A stretch of DNA of 64,000 nt from Vicugna vicugna (GCA_013265495.1 MU061578.1:195308-259307); one strand, 5' to 3'; counted from the stretch's first letter, positions 12,421 through 25,095 are shown. Notes: a model not told the origin generated them from the sequence alone. Program-made: numbers and translations.

Positions 12421-12799
12421 AAAAAATGTGTGTTAACTTTCAGATGATTGTTTCCTTGTAATTGTAACTTCAGTCCTGCCATTAACTGGCGGCTGCAATA
12501 CTTCCCTGGAAAAGATGATGGGCTCCAGCAACTGGCTTGGATAATATGATTTAATGATGCACACAAGTTGGCATGTGTGGGTTGTGTGTGATTCTGTGTG
12601 TGTTTATTGGGAGGGAGGAATATTGTAAGATGAGAGGTGATTATGGATAAGAAAAATTATGGCCAAACCCAAGGGCTTAAGAGAAAATCAAATTAATTTG
12701 TACTCTTCATTTAAGTAAAATTACAGCTAATGATAATGAATCTAGAATGGCCTTATGACTAGTAAGAATGATGATTAGCAGGAAAAATAACAAGAGCTC

Positions 12800-12980
12800 A
12801 ATATGTTCCAAATACTTATTTGATTAGTGTATATTCTTCCATTTACCTTTACAACATGAACCCCCATCTTACAGATGAGGACACTAAGGCGCTCAAAGTT
12901 TAAGTGATACAGTGGGTAGGTTGTCGGAGCCGAGAATCAAGCCTGTGTCTGTCTGGCCCCAATACCCAGGCTCTTCATAA
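12800..12980 (-). mobile_element. MIR SINE
   Basis: 'ccccatcttacagatgaggacactaaggc'. Confidence 0.8.
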
Positions 12981-14126
12981 CTTGGAAAGTTACCTATCAG
13001 TTACCTTGGGAGATTCATGTGGGGTTCTTTTCTCTGTCAACGGCACAATGCTCCAACCATGTTACTTCTGAAAACAGCAATTACTGGAACTGAAACTTCA
13101 ATTGTTCAGATTGAGAGGCTGACACCTGAGATGAGGCATCATGCTAGAACATGTCACCCCCATCACAGTTGTGGAGGTGCCTGTGGAAGGGATCGAGGCA
13201 GCCAGCTAGAAGATCAGAAAAGAAAAACGTGGCTTCACTTGGCACACAATTTGGATTTTCCTCGGTTTTACCAGGGCCAGATCCCTTTCCTGGTAACTTC
13301 CTACTCAACTTCCATTGGAAGATTGCCTCTTCTTAGGCCACTGGACCTTTATGAAGACCCTCCTCCCTGCCCCCAATCCCTTCCCCCACCACAGAATAGG
13401 GTAGGCTATTTTAACGTGATCAAGAATTTATTTCACTCTTAGTAAAAATATTTTCATCATCATACAGTCTTAAAAATTTTACTTGGGGCAAACGAAAGAG
13501 ATTAAAAAATAATCCACAAATCTTAACTGCCAGAAGGCATCTTGCTTTAATATAAAGGCAATGGCTCTGGGATGAAGCAGATAGTCAAATCTATGCTCTG
13601 CTACTTCCCAGCTGAGTAATCTTACGGAAACTTCTTTGTCCCTCTGAAAAAAAACTAATACATTGCTCGACTCTAGGTGACACCATTCTCTCTGAATTCC
13701 TGGGAGTGCTCTCATGGGGAATATCCTGTTCGTGGCTCCTACTGGAGTCGGTGTTGCACCATTTCCTGTCTCTGAACATCATAGTCTTCATGTATAAAAT
13801 GAGGATGATCCAAGAATACCTTCTGCATCAATACCTTTTTTTCAGAATTAGGTGGCATAATGACTGCAAAGAAGTAAACAGTGGCTGGCACCATCGCAAG
13901 TGTTCAACAGGATTCATTCTCTTCCCATGTGATCCTTCAGAAACGGGAGGACATGGAGATGAATAAGAGACAGCACAATCCAGTACTTGGGAAATCAAGC
14001 ATCAAGCTAAATGATGGCATCAAAGTTTGTGAAACAATATAAAACAGGAGATTACAAAGTGATCCTTGTCTAAGTAGTAGATAAGTGACACTGTGAGTAA
14101 GTATTATGACTTCCTAAGAGAGGGGT

Positions 14127-15043
14127 TGTCTTAGGTGAGGGTCCTCAGAAGTGGATTCTGAGATGCGGCTTCATCTGCAGATGAGTATGGAAATGGTCCC
14201 AGAAGGAGTGAGGACAGCAGGGTAAGACAGGGGAAGAAGCCAATAAGGATGTGATTTCAGTGAAGTCCCAGCCTTGGCCCAATCCTGCAGGGAATCTCTG
14301 GAATGCATATTGTATCCCTGCGTTTGCCTCTCACTGCAACAGGAGCTTTCATACTCTTGACCAGGCCTAGAAGGGCTACATTCTTGCGCACTTCTGGATC
14401 TCTTCAGGTTTCCAGGAAGAGTCACCGGTCTCAGTCATTTTAAAAAAACATGCAGAAGTTGGTAGGGGATGTATGTCCCAAAGTCCTATTTCCCCAAAAT
14501 GGCCACAGCAGTATTTCCCATCCCTTAAGCTCTTCAAGCATTTTATTACTCCCCTTGAGAGGTACAGATACTCTATTGACTGTGATGACTAGACAACAGC
14601 AGAAGGAATACTGTGTAACTTTTGAGGCTGGGTCATACAAGGTTATGTAGTTCTCTCTCTCGGAACACTTGCCCTTAGCACCCAGCTACAATGCTTTAAA
14701 GAAGCTCAGGCCACAAGGAGACACGTATAAGGGGGAATCAAGAACTCCAGCCCTCAGCCCTGGTGAAGCTCCTATGGACAGCTAGCCCTTGTTTGCCAAC
14801 CACGTGCGTGAGCCTTCTTGGAAATGGATCTTCCAGTTGAGTCACCCCACCTGATGCTGCAGGGAAGCAAGATGAGCCTCCCATGCTGTGCTCTGCCCAA
14901 GTTGCAGACTCATGAGCAAAATAAATGACTGTTCTGGTCTTAAGCCACTAAGTTTTGGGGGTACTTGTTTTTGCAGCAGTAGCTGGAACAGGGTACAAGA
15001 AAATGGTAAAAGGATTCCAAGAATCTGGGTGAAGCACTGACAA
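14127..15043 (-). mobile_element. ERVL LTR16-like solo LTR interrupted by an MLT1
   Basis: 'tgtcttagg..gggtcctcagaag..gattctgaga' (reverse LTR16 3' end); resumes after 14990 with 'gaatctgggtgaagcactgaca'. Confidence 0.6.
14470..14990 (+). mobile_element. MaLR solo LTR, MLT1G/H-like
   Basis: TG...CA termini, 'aaaatggccacagca', 'gcccaagttgcagactcatgagcaaaataaatga..taagccactaagttttgggg'; candidate 5-bp TSD gggga/gggta. Confidence 0.85.
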
Positions 15044-15451
15044 TGTCACAGACACTGCTGGGGTCATGTTTGGGTTCTCTTTACCATCCTGGTCTGCCCG
15101 TTTCCTAGATCCTATGAGTGGTGACTGTTGCCCTCTTCTGGAGAATTGCTCTGGGCCTAATGGGAGCCACCTCAACTGGGAGGGATCTTTTCCTTTGGGA
15201 AGCCCAGAGCCAGCGGTTGACTGACACAGTTGGGCTAAAAGGTCTGTGCCTTGTCTCAAGGTGCAACCAACTCAGTGATGCTGATGTGCTTCAAAGTGTC
15301 TCATGGGACCACACTGAATCTGGTCTCCTTGCCCCTCTAGATTCTTCCCCCACCCTACCTCTTCTTCCTTCTGAGAGTACGCTGTTAATAAATCACTTGC
15401 ACAAGAGCCTCCCAACTCAGGCTGTGCTCCTAGGGAACTTGACCTCAGACA
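15044..15451 (+). mobile_element. ERVL LTR16-like solo LTR
   Basis: TG...CA termini, 'aataaatcacttgcacaaga...ctcaggct..ctcctagggaacttgacctcagaca'; candidate TSD gacaa/gacag. Confidence 0.75.
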
Positions 15452-17034
15452 GACAGTCCTGCAGGCATTCCCTACAGAGGCATTATTATAGGACTAACAT
15501 ATAACAAAATGTATGTTTTGTACACAATACAATGCAAGATGCTGCTGCTGCTGATCATTACTGTTGCTGCTGAAATCTGGTAAGATGTCTTAGCAGAAAT
15601 TTTATCAGTGTGTATTTAAAATACCCTGAAGGGGTATAAGGTGAGGATGTCTTTATAGCTGAGAAAAGACAGGGATCTTTGTGTCCTCAGACTGGTCTGT
15701 GCAACACTGGATTTAGAGGCTTCTGGTTCAGCATTTCAACTTGTGGACAGTACCCCTCCCCAAGGCTCATGGACAATGTACACACAATTAGTGTGCTTTC
15801 CAATTCAGCACCACAACATGCAAAAAGCAGATGCCTCAATTAAAGGGCAATTGTTTCTAGTAAGTCTTGGTTGAAAGGTCTTATACTATTTTTCACATCT
15901 CAAGCCCCCTCTCCCTTGACACCATCAGGATATTAGAAAAATCCTAGGGCCTGCCAGGGGATTACTCTGCTTATTAAATTTAGCTTCCCAAACAGAGATG
16001 CACTGCACTTTGTATCACCCTTGAGAACTTGAGCATTAAGGCATTCTATTGGCTTGAAACCCCGCAATTTCACAAGACAATAAAACAATGTATGTTCTTT
16101 TCAATTTTTTTCCTGTATACTTTATTTGCTAGGGAAGTAAAACATAGTGCAATGATACACCATTATGTGATATGGAAGCTCTCTGCTGAAATTAAATCTC
16201 ACCATTACAGGGTGAATATCCAAATCTGTGGAGTTGGCATTTTTACTCCATGCATGCTAGTGGCTGCGACTTGATGGGTTAGGTACTTCCTTCCACTAGT
16301 GTTTTGGTAGCCTTTGTTCTAGCCTGGAACTTTGCAAACGAGGTGGTATACAGCTTAGTGCTCAGAGAATCATAGACTGCAGGATTGGAGGAAACTTCAG
16401 TGACAGTTCAGCTTAGACATTTCCTTTCTAAAGGTTAGGAGAATAATGAGAAACAAAAATGCTTTGCCTTATGGTTGCAAGGTTAGTGAGTCAATAAGCC
16501 AAAGCATTCTGACTCCGAGTAGGTCTTCCTGAAGGTCATATAGCCTTCTGCAACCCTATCCTTCATGTGTAAGTGGCTATACCACAAGGGCTGCTCTAAT
16601 TCATTTATTGTCTGATAACTACTGCAGCTGGGCAAATCATACCTTGTTCCACATAGAAGCAAACTGGTTAGCTGTGTAACTCCTAAGGGAAGTGAGGAGT
16701 TTGAACACTGAAAACATATTTCCCTCAAGTACTATTATATGCCCTGCCTTCACTGCCATCAGTATTCAATGCCAGACATGAAAGCTATGGAGAATTTGCT
16801 GGAGATGATATTCTAAGACATTGTAATAATGCCGTCCTAGCAGGGTGACATGAATTCCTTGTATTTACAGAGCTCAAGAATTCAGGGTTTTCAAGAGTCT
16901 GGCCACCTTTAAAAAGCTGAGACATGGCCAATGGACTTTGTAGTTCAATGTTAGTACTCAGGGTGGAGTTGTAAACTGGTCGTGATGAGACCAAGCCTTA
17001 GTGGAGCCTCTTAATTTACATAAAGAGGGGTGGT

Positions 17035-17285
17035 CAGAATAACACGGTGGTTTAGGCTATGGGCTTTGAAATCTGGCAGCTGGTGTTTGAACCTCTTCCA
17101 CATACTTGCTCTCGGGGAGGTTGTTTAACCTCTTTAAGCTTGTTTCCTACACGAGTATTGAGGATGATTTCAGTAATGCCTGTAACATGTGCTAATTCTG
17201 TGGATTAGGTAAGATCATTGATGTAAAACCCTTTAGTACAGTGCCTCAGTTTTTAGCAGCGCTCCATAGACGTTGGCTCTTTTGA
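17035..17285 (+). mobile_element. MIR SINE
   Basis: 'gtggtttaggctatgggctttgaaatc...tttaacctct...gtaaaaccctttagtacagtgcct'. Confidence 0.75.
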
Positions 17286-17557
17286 TCAATAGTAAGAGCT
17301 GTTGATTAGTGAATATAAGTTATGTTCAGGCAGAATACTTGGCAATGGTCATGTAGTCCTCAGAGCAACCCTGAGTTGAGGATGATCTACCTTGCCCTGC
17401 AGATGTATATGCAGTGATGTAGAGAGGTGAACATTTGAGCTTATCAAGTTCGTATCTGGAGGCTCCAGGTTTTGAATCCAAGCCCATCAGGACCCAAAGC
17501 CTGTGCTCATATCACTATGTTTCTGAAGCTGAAAGGGAACTTGGAGACCACTGAATA

Positions 17558-17800
17558 CAGTGTTATCACAGAATAATGAGTTTACATGTATCATAACAAA
17601 ATTAAGTATTTCCTGGTCAAATAATTTTGAGAAAAGAGACTCACTGTGTGTCCTATTTAGCAACCACTATTATCATTGGTATATTTTTGTCTTTAGGAGG
17701 TTTCAGAGTAAATAAGCCCTTGTAAATATGTTAGCCTCAGAATTTTCATAGAGCATCTCATAGGACTAGCATCCTCTGGAACATTCTTTGAGATACACTG
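17558..17800. mobile_element. hAT-Charlie (Charlie4-like) DNA transposon
   Basis: TIR-like 'cagtgttatcaca' / 'tttgagatacactg'; 'agcatctcataggactag' subterminal motif. Confidence 0.6.
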
Positions 17801-18879
17801 ATGAGGGCATACTCACTTTGTAGATGACAAAAGGTCACAAGGGCTTAGCAGGAGTCATGAGATTAGTCACGACTAGACCCCAAGGCTCCAGGTCTCCAGG
17901 CTAACCATCCATTTACTGTGGTATGCTGCCATCTTTCCCAGCCCTGGGACACTCCTAGCATTTGTCAGCTAGACAGTTGGGATACTTTGTATTTCACTGT
18001 TAGGAACTTCTCCTCTTCGAGCAGAGGATTTCCCTTCTTCCTACACTCTTCCCTGCCTTTTTACGACAGCCCCATCTGTTGATGAATCCGTCACCAGGGT
18101 GACAGCATTCTCATGATGTATTCATATAATACATTATCAAAGTGCCAGTCCTGATGGCCCTGTGATGTATGAAGCTGGCGTTCGTCAATGCCCTGCAGTT
18201 CTAACAGAATCATCCATCACAACAATGTCCTCTTCACAGGGGCACTACACGGAGACACCCTCCTAGGGAAATGAGGAACGGAGCAGCCAGGTGAACGTAA
18301 CACCAGGGAGGCATCCGGAGAGACGGGCAGAATGCATATATCAATCCTGAACTGGAAAGGAGTGGGCCCTGGGCTACCCTTGCTGAGCCTAGCATTCATT
18401 CAAATGCATTCATCCAAATACATCAAGCCAGGCACTTTTCTGGGTGTTGGGGACCAAATGATAATACTAATAACAATCCATGTTGCTTGAACTCTTCTTA
18501 TGCATCAGACCCTGTGGTAAATGCTTTACAGATGTTATTGCATTGGGTGGCCCCTATAATCCGACTTACAGAATGGCTCCATTTTTAGAGGACTGAGGCA
18601 TAGAGACACTAAGCAGCTAGGTGTGGTGGATCCAGCATCTGAATCCTCAACTATTGATCACAGAGTCTATGTCCTTACCCACTAAGCCTAACAGGAGGGG
18701 CAGGTCCTCACATAAGGTAAGTGCTTGGTGCTAGGGGTGCAATAGCAACCTGCAAAAGTAGGTCTTACTGATGACATTTTGCAGGTCAGGGAACTCAGAT
18801 GGGTCACACTGCTAGGAAATGGTAGAACCAAGAACTGATCTCAGGATGGTCTGACTTCAAATCCACTCATCTTATATCC

Positions 18880-19130
18880 AAAGGCAGAATGGGTGGACAA
18901 GAGTAAAGGGCCTAGACTTAAGACTTGAGTTCAAACGCAATTCCACCACTTACCAGCTGTGTGACTGTGCAAACATTAATGAACTCCTCTGGGCCTTGCT
19001 TTTCCCATTGATAAAATGGGAATATGTACTAGTATTTACCTTTTAGGATTTGTTGAGGATTGAATGAGACAATGTATACATTTATATAGAAATATTAACA
19101 CCAGGCCTGGTGTTGGGTAGTTTTAAGCAG
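18880..19130 (+). mobile_element. MIR SINE
   Basis: 'ttgagttcaaac...ccacttaccagctgtgtgac...taaaatgggaata...gaggattgaatgag'. Confidence 0.85.
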
Positions 19131-19139
19131 TAGTTTATT

Positions 19140-19510
19140 GCAAGAGGAAAATGTATCAGAAATTGTTACTATAAGTAGACTCATTAAAATATAACTAATG
19201 CCCATGTCTTGGATTCTAAATTCCATTATCCAATTAAAGGACCCATGTTTCCTCAGGGAAATGCCTGAATCTAGGAATGAGGCAGAGATAATAGAAATTA
19301 AACCTGGAGCATCCTGTAGCACCAGAAAGTAAGGACATGCTAAAAAACAAAAAAGAAGAAAATAAAAGGATGACGGCACATCAAAGGGATTTAAGAGCCA
19401 TCCTGATAAAGCATGTAGTCACTAAGCTGCAGTAATTTAAGCAACAAGATAAATAATGATAATGTTGGATTATAACCCAGAGAATAAGATCCATGAGCAT
19501 ATACTGATAC
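19140..19510 (+). mobile_element. L1MC4/5-like 3' UTR fragment
   Basis: 'tcctcagggaaatgcctgaatctagg...cctggagcatcctgtagcaccagaaagtaagga'. Confidence 0.7.
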
Positions 19511-20503
19511 AGATGCTATTGGGCATCCTCTGGTTTTGCATGAGGACTGGTCTTTTCACTCTTCACTGCCTTCCTCTCTGAATTCTAAAAGTGCAAATTC
19601 TGAACTGGGTCCATAACGTAGGTCAGACTCGTGGCATCCCAGAAGGTGACTCCCAGCATGGAGGTGCTTTGTTGGTGGATGATATGCAAGGCCTCTTCCC
19701 ACCTACAGCAAAGACAGAGGTGACACACGACTGTTTATTTCACCTTTTACTAAAGCCACTGAATCTTCCTGCCTTTGAATCAGTCACAGCTGAGAACCAC
19801 ACACTGCCTTTAGAAGAGGGCTGGCCTCCAAGAAAGTCTCAAATGTCATGGGGCCACAGGTGGTGAGTTGCCTCTTACCTGGGCAGGGCGGAATGATTTA
19901 TACCTGATCTATCAGAGGTCACCAAGCAGCTCAAAGCTAAACTGAAAGATTAAGAATTGATCCAGATGTAATAACAACCCATCCAGGCTTCCAGTCGGTA
20001 GCCAGAAGTCACTATGCAGGCAGCTTCTTTTTGCAGGGGGTGGAGGGCATTCTGGAGCTGTCCTGGGGTACACACAGAATCTGAGGCTGAATTATGAATC
20101 CTCGTGTGATAAAGTTGTTTATTTTGAGGCAAAGGAAGCTCTTAGGGATTTGTAGTTGCTTCATTCATTTGTCCAAGCTTATACTGAGAATCACACACCT
20201 CATCTTGTATTAGACTCACCATCCCATACAGAATTCTGAACCTGAGGTCCATGGAATCTTGGGTGGAGACTGGTCAGTAACTCCCTCTCCACAAACCTAA
20301 TGCAAAGTGGGGCATTCCTATTCATTGGCTCTGCTACCTAATCATCCCAGTTCCCATCCCAGTTTGACCTCAATTCCTTAATTTATAAACGGGGTTAATA
20401 GTAATATCTACCTCTGGATCTGAATAGATATTTCTCCAAAGAAGACATACAAATGGCCAAAAAAGCACATGAAAACATGTTCCATGTCATTAAGGAAATG
20501 CAA

Positions 20504-20663
20504 GCTGGGGGCAGGGGATAAATTAGGAGTTTATCTGTTTATAGGATTAACAGATACACCCAACTATATATAAAATATATAAACAATAAGGATTTACTAT
20601 ATAGCTCAGGAAACTATATTCAATATCTTATAATAATCCTGTAATGGAAAATAATGGAAAAAA

Positions 20664-20700
<37 letters not shown>

Positions 20701-20769
20701 GATGAATAATTTTGCTGCACAACTGAAACTAACAAAATACTGTAAATCAACTATACTTCAATTAAAAAA
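20504..20769 (+). mobile_element. Younger L1 3' end nested in the L1MB-like element; contains (TA)n
   Basis: 'gggataaattaggagttt...aaatcaactatacttcaattaaaa'; TSD aag(g/a)aaatgcaa at 20492-20503 and 20770-20781. Confidence 0.9.
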
Positions 20770-21328
20770 AAGAAAATGCAAATCAAAACCACAATGAGAT
20801 ACCACTTCACACTTACTAGGATGGCTATAACAACAATAGCAAAACAGAAAATGACAAATGTTAGTAAGAATGTGGAGAAATAAAAATGGTTGTACACTTC
20901 TGGTGGGAATGTAAAATGGTACAGCCAATGTGGAAAACAGGTTAGTGGGTCCTCAAAAAGTTAAACATAGAATTACTGTATGACCCAACAATGCCACTCC
21001 TAGGGAAATGAAAATATACATTCACAAAGAAACCTGTAAATGAATGTTTATTTTGTTTTGTGGTATCTACGTAAAATAGAATATTATTCAGCCATAAAAA
21101 GGAATGAAATACTGTTACATGCTACAACTTAGAAGAACTTTGCCAACATGCTAAGTGAAATAAGCCAGACACAAAAGGTCACATATTGTATGAGTCCTTT
21201 TGTATGAAATGTCAAATCCATTGAGAGAGAGAGAGAAAGCAGATTCCTGGTTGTCCCTGGGGGATGGAGGAAGAGGGATGGGAGTGATTTTTTAAAGAGG
21301 ACAGAGTGTTCATTTGGGGAGATGGGAT

Positions 21329-21460
21329 GGAGGTGGTATCTAGTACTATCACAGGAATCATTTTGCAATTTACAAATGTGTCAAATAAACACAGTATATA
21401 CCTTACACAGGTATAAACTTATATATCAACTATATCTCAATAAAGTTGGGAAATTAAATT
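21329..21460 (+). mobile_element. L1MA9-like terminal fragment nested in the L1MB-like element
   Basis: 'aatcattttgcaat...tatatctcaataaagttggg' splits the host 'gggagatg|aaaagttttgaaactaga'. Confidence 0.6.
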
Positions 21461-22094
21461 AAAAAGTTTTGAAACTAGAGAAAGGTGATGACTGTACAAC
21501 ATTGTGAATGCATTTAATGACACTGAATTGTACACTTTACAATGGTTACTTGCATATTATGTTATTTCAATTAAGAAATAGTAATATGTACCTCTGAAAC
21601 TTGTAAAATTAAATGAACTAGTAATGTATCTGGATAAATAAATATTAATATTATTTTTCTAAATCAATAAATACTATTTTTATGATTATGAAGACAATAT
21701 TTACTTTTTCTGGAGAAAAGTTTCCAAGTGTCTCATCAGAGTCTCAAATTGATCCTTGAGTCCCCAGATATTGGAATAGACAAAATGAAACACTGGCCTA
21801 GGAATGTGGATTGGTGCAGCCATTCTGAAGAACAGTTTGATAATACTGGTCAATTAGAATGGAAATACATATGCTCCATTTCCTGACAAATGCATTTCTA
21901 GTTATGTATCTTGAAGAGATTCTCAATTGGGTTCCTAAAGGTGATGTGCAGAGATATTTACTCTGACATTGTGATGTGGGAGTTGGCGGAGATGTGGGCC
22001 TGGTCCCTGGGGGAGGAGACAGATAAATGTGGGGGATGTACATCGTGGATTTCTGTGACTCTTAAGAGTGATAGTCAGGTATTTTAGCAATAAC

Positions 22095-22595
22095 ATAGAG
22101 TTCCCTTCATATTCTGGAGAAAACTCTATTTGAAAATACATGCTCCCCAATGTTCATAGCAGCACTATTTACAATACCCAAGATGTGGAATCAACCTAAA
22201 TGTCCATCAGCAGATGACTGGATAAAGAAGTTGTTGTATATATACATATACATAATGGAATACTACTTAGCCATCAAATGGAATGAAATAATGCCATTTT
22301 ACAGCAACATGGACAGACCTAAAGATTATCATACTAAGTGAAGTAAGTCAGAGAAAGACAAGTATCATATGATATCACTTATATGTGGAATCTAAAAAAA
22401 TGATACAAATGAACTTATTTACAAAAGAAACAGACTCACAGACATAGAAAACAAACTATGGTTGCCAGAGGCAGAAAAGGGTGGGGGCCATAAATTAGGG
22501 GTTCAGGATTTGCAGATACCAGCTACTATGTATGAAATAGATAAACTACAAAGTCCTATTGTATAGCACAGGGAACTACAGTCAATATCTTGTAA
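22095..22595 (+). mobile_element. Younger L1 fragment (ORF2 C-terminus plus 3' UTR), 3'-truncated
   Basis: ORF 22150-22341 MFIAALFTIPKMWNQPKCPS..WIKK is the L1 ORF2 C-terminus; ends at 'aatatcttgtaa' without poly(A). Confidence 0.9.
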
Positions 22596-22900
22596 GCTAG
22601 GAAGAGGGAGAAGGAGAAGTGAGGCTGAGAGATGGGCAGGGGCCAGATCCTTTGGGGTAAGGCTTTTGGACTCTTTTCTAGAATCTGATGGGGGAAATAT
22701 TGAGAGAGTTTTAGCTGGGAACAATGCAACTAGATTTGGATGTTAGAACATTCTGGCATACTGTCTAGGATGGATGGATGGGTAGACAGGAGAAAGCAAC
22801 CCCATCGAAGAAACTGTCAAAATGCTTCAGGGTAAGACGGTAAGAGTCTGGAGTGGGGGCAGGGAGGGTAGGCAGTGAATATAAGTCAAGGCAAGGAACA
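22596..22900 (-). mobile_element. L2 LINE fragment
   Basis: 'tgaggctgagagatgggcaggggccagatc...ttttggactctttt...agagttttagctggg'. Confidence 0.65.
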
Positions 22901-23749
22901 ACCATCCCCTTTTATTGATGGGAAAACAAGGTAGAGGGGATTTAAACAGCTTTCACTCCATAGCCTGAACCGGATTTGATAAAGTTCTCCTCCCCTCAAG
23001 TCTGGTGAGCTCGTTCGAGTCTGAGTGAGCTCAGTGGGCAGTTTCACACCTAGAAAATGATTACAGTATTATTGCTTGGACCACCATGACAAGCCCCCTA
23101 CACATCTTCAGTCACCCAGGACTGGGCTGCGGCTGCTGTAGCATGCACATTAATAGAGTGAATTAAATAAGGCAATGTGTCTCTCTGATCACGGACAGCT
23201 TTCAGATCCACCCTGTACCTGCTTGTGGTTGGGCCTGCATTTATCCATATCTACATGCAAACTCATTGGTCAAGGTTGGAAAGTTAGTAGTGCTGAGTGA
23301 TGGTTGGAAGGAGGATGGCCGAGCTGGACCAGTCAAGGTGATGGGAAAATGATAGCTAACATTTATAGGTTGCTTATGAAGTGCCTGGTACCACTCTTTA
23401 CCTCTGTTATCCCATCTGATCACTTCAGCTACCAGTGGAGTACACTGGTCCTGTCAAACACAAGGCTCTGGAGCATTGACTGCTCAGAGTCGGCGGCAGA
23501 CCCAGCACCAGAACTGGGCTTTTCTGACCCCTGGCATATTTCTATCATAGGTCCACAAGCCATAGATTGACACGATCGGGTATCGTCAGCCATTTTTATG
23601 TGTTATCCCTTGCAATGCTTTGTGTCTATTCTAATCCAAGAGGAGAGATGAGTCTCATCTTCTTCAGGTTTGCCAGGGTCTATAATGGATGCTGTGGGCG
23701 CTTTTGAGAATTTCTAAGCTGAATCATCAGACTGGCAAACCTGGGAATG

Positions 23750-24430
23750 TGCCATGTGGTCGTCTGCGAGATGCGGGCAGAGGAGAGTGTTGGGGAACAA
23801 TTTAAGAGCTTCCAGAAAAAACAAAAAGAACAGTTCCCAGAAGAACGCGGGGGCTCTCACTGTCACAACGGGGCTGCCCGAAAGACCCCACATTGCTATG
23901 GAAACGGCACATTTCTTTTTTTATGGAGCAGGCACATAAAACTCCCAGAATGTGTCATGAAATAAGTTACTACTGTCCCGAGGCTGCCAAAGATGTACAC
24001 CCTCATTAGGGGAGCAATGTGACAGTTTGGGGTTTATAATGAACGGTTTGCAGGCTCAGAGGCTGAGCTAAGTTTACCCTGTTGGGATCATACACTCTTG
24101 GACACCTCAAGGTGTCCGCAGACCAGAGACCCATCAGCTTCTGCACCGAAGCAAGACGGCCAGGTGATGTAATTATGATGCCTGCACATCTCATTTACAT
24201 GCAACCGGTGAACAAATTCTGGCGTTTCCATAAAGACATTCCTGCTGAAATGAAGCGTTTTATCACCTTCTTTTCACCTGGAGCCCTTAATTGGGTAGCT
24301 CTGCTCTCCTCAAAGTTTTATTTACCTGGTAATATGCAGATGTTAGTTGGCCAGCTTAGAAACAGAGAGGAATTTCAAAAAAGAGAAAGTGGAGAGACCG
24401 CACAAGTGTGCTCTCGCCTTCGACCTGGGT
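23750..24430. promoter_or_regulatory. Candidate enhancer / conserved non-coding element
   Basis: No recognisable repeat, retained CpGs, RFX-like and homeobox/POU-like motifs; conservation not testable here. Confidence 0.35.
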
Positions 24431-24805
24431 GATAGGGTCCTTGACTGTACACCTCACCCAGCATCTCGGAAGTCTTTCCTACCATCTTCCAAAATCTATT
24501 GTGTTTCTTGTTGATTGACAGTGTCTCTGATAGTGCTTTTGAGAAAGATGAGCTTATTTTGGGAAAAAGACAACAAAACTCAGAGAACACCTGGATTGTA
24601 TTGTCAATCCATCCTGGATAAGCTTGAAGGATTTGTCATGGGGGAGATGACCATCAGTGCTCAACAGTGATAAAGACAGGGCCAGGGGCACTGTGAGGGA
24701 AGACTTCTGTAGCCGTAAAGAAATAGCTGCTTTAATAAAAACAACACCCAGACACTCCCAGGATGACAATGTGACATCTCCCTAAGGGGACTTCTCACTA
24801 AGCAG

Positions 24806-25095
24806 CAGGCAGTATAGCAAAATGGTTATCAGCTTGGGTGCTGGGGTGAAACGCCTGGGTTCAATTCTCTGTCCTGCTCTGTCAGTTTTTCTGAGTGCCT
24901 TCTGTGTGCCAGGTACCATCTGTACTAGTCATGTTATGATCTTGAGTGAGTTATTCAACCTCCCTAAGCCTCAGTTTCCTAGTTTATAAAATGGGAATTA
25001 CAATCATACCTTCCTCACTGGTATATTGTGATGGTTAAGTAAAAGTACGTATACAAAGTGCTCATTACAATGCAAACAATAAATGTTCAAGTTTG
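24806..25095 (+). mobile_element. MIR SINE
   Basis: 'caacctccctaagcctcagtttcctagtttataaaatgggaatt' core and 'caataaatgtt' tail. Confidence 0.85.

Larger units (their letters stand above)
20417..21576 (+). mobile_element. L1MB-like 3' fragment inserted in a MIR
   Basis: 'gaatagatatttctccaaagaagacatacaaatggccaa' through 'actgaattgtacacttta'; 20-bp TSD aatagtaatat(c/g)tacctctg at 20397-20416 and 21577-21596. Confidence 0.9.

Noticed and set aside
12689..12700. Perfect palindrome caaattaatttg
   Set aside because: AT-rich 12-bp palindromes are expected by chance in 64 kb.
13017..13442. 141-aa ORF
   Set aside because: No recognisable protein family or exon boundaries.
15804..15822. REST/NRSE left half TTCAGCACCAC
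   Set aside because: The right half GGACAG is absent.
17035..17515. Adjacent inverted MIR pair as a dsRNA source (also 56160-56720)
   Set aside because: Copies are too diverged for extended pairing, and such pairs are common in MIR-rich DNA.
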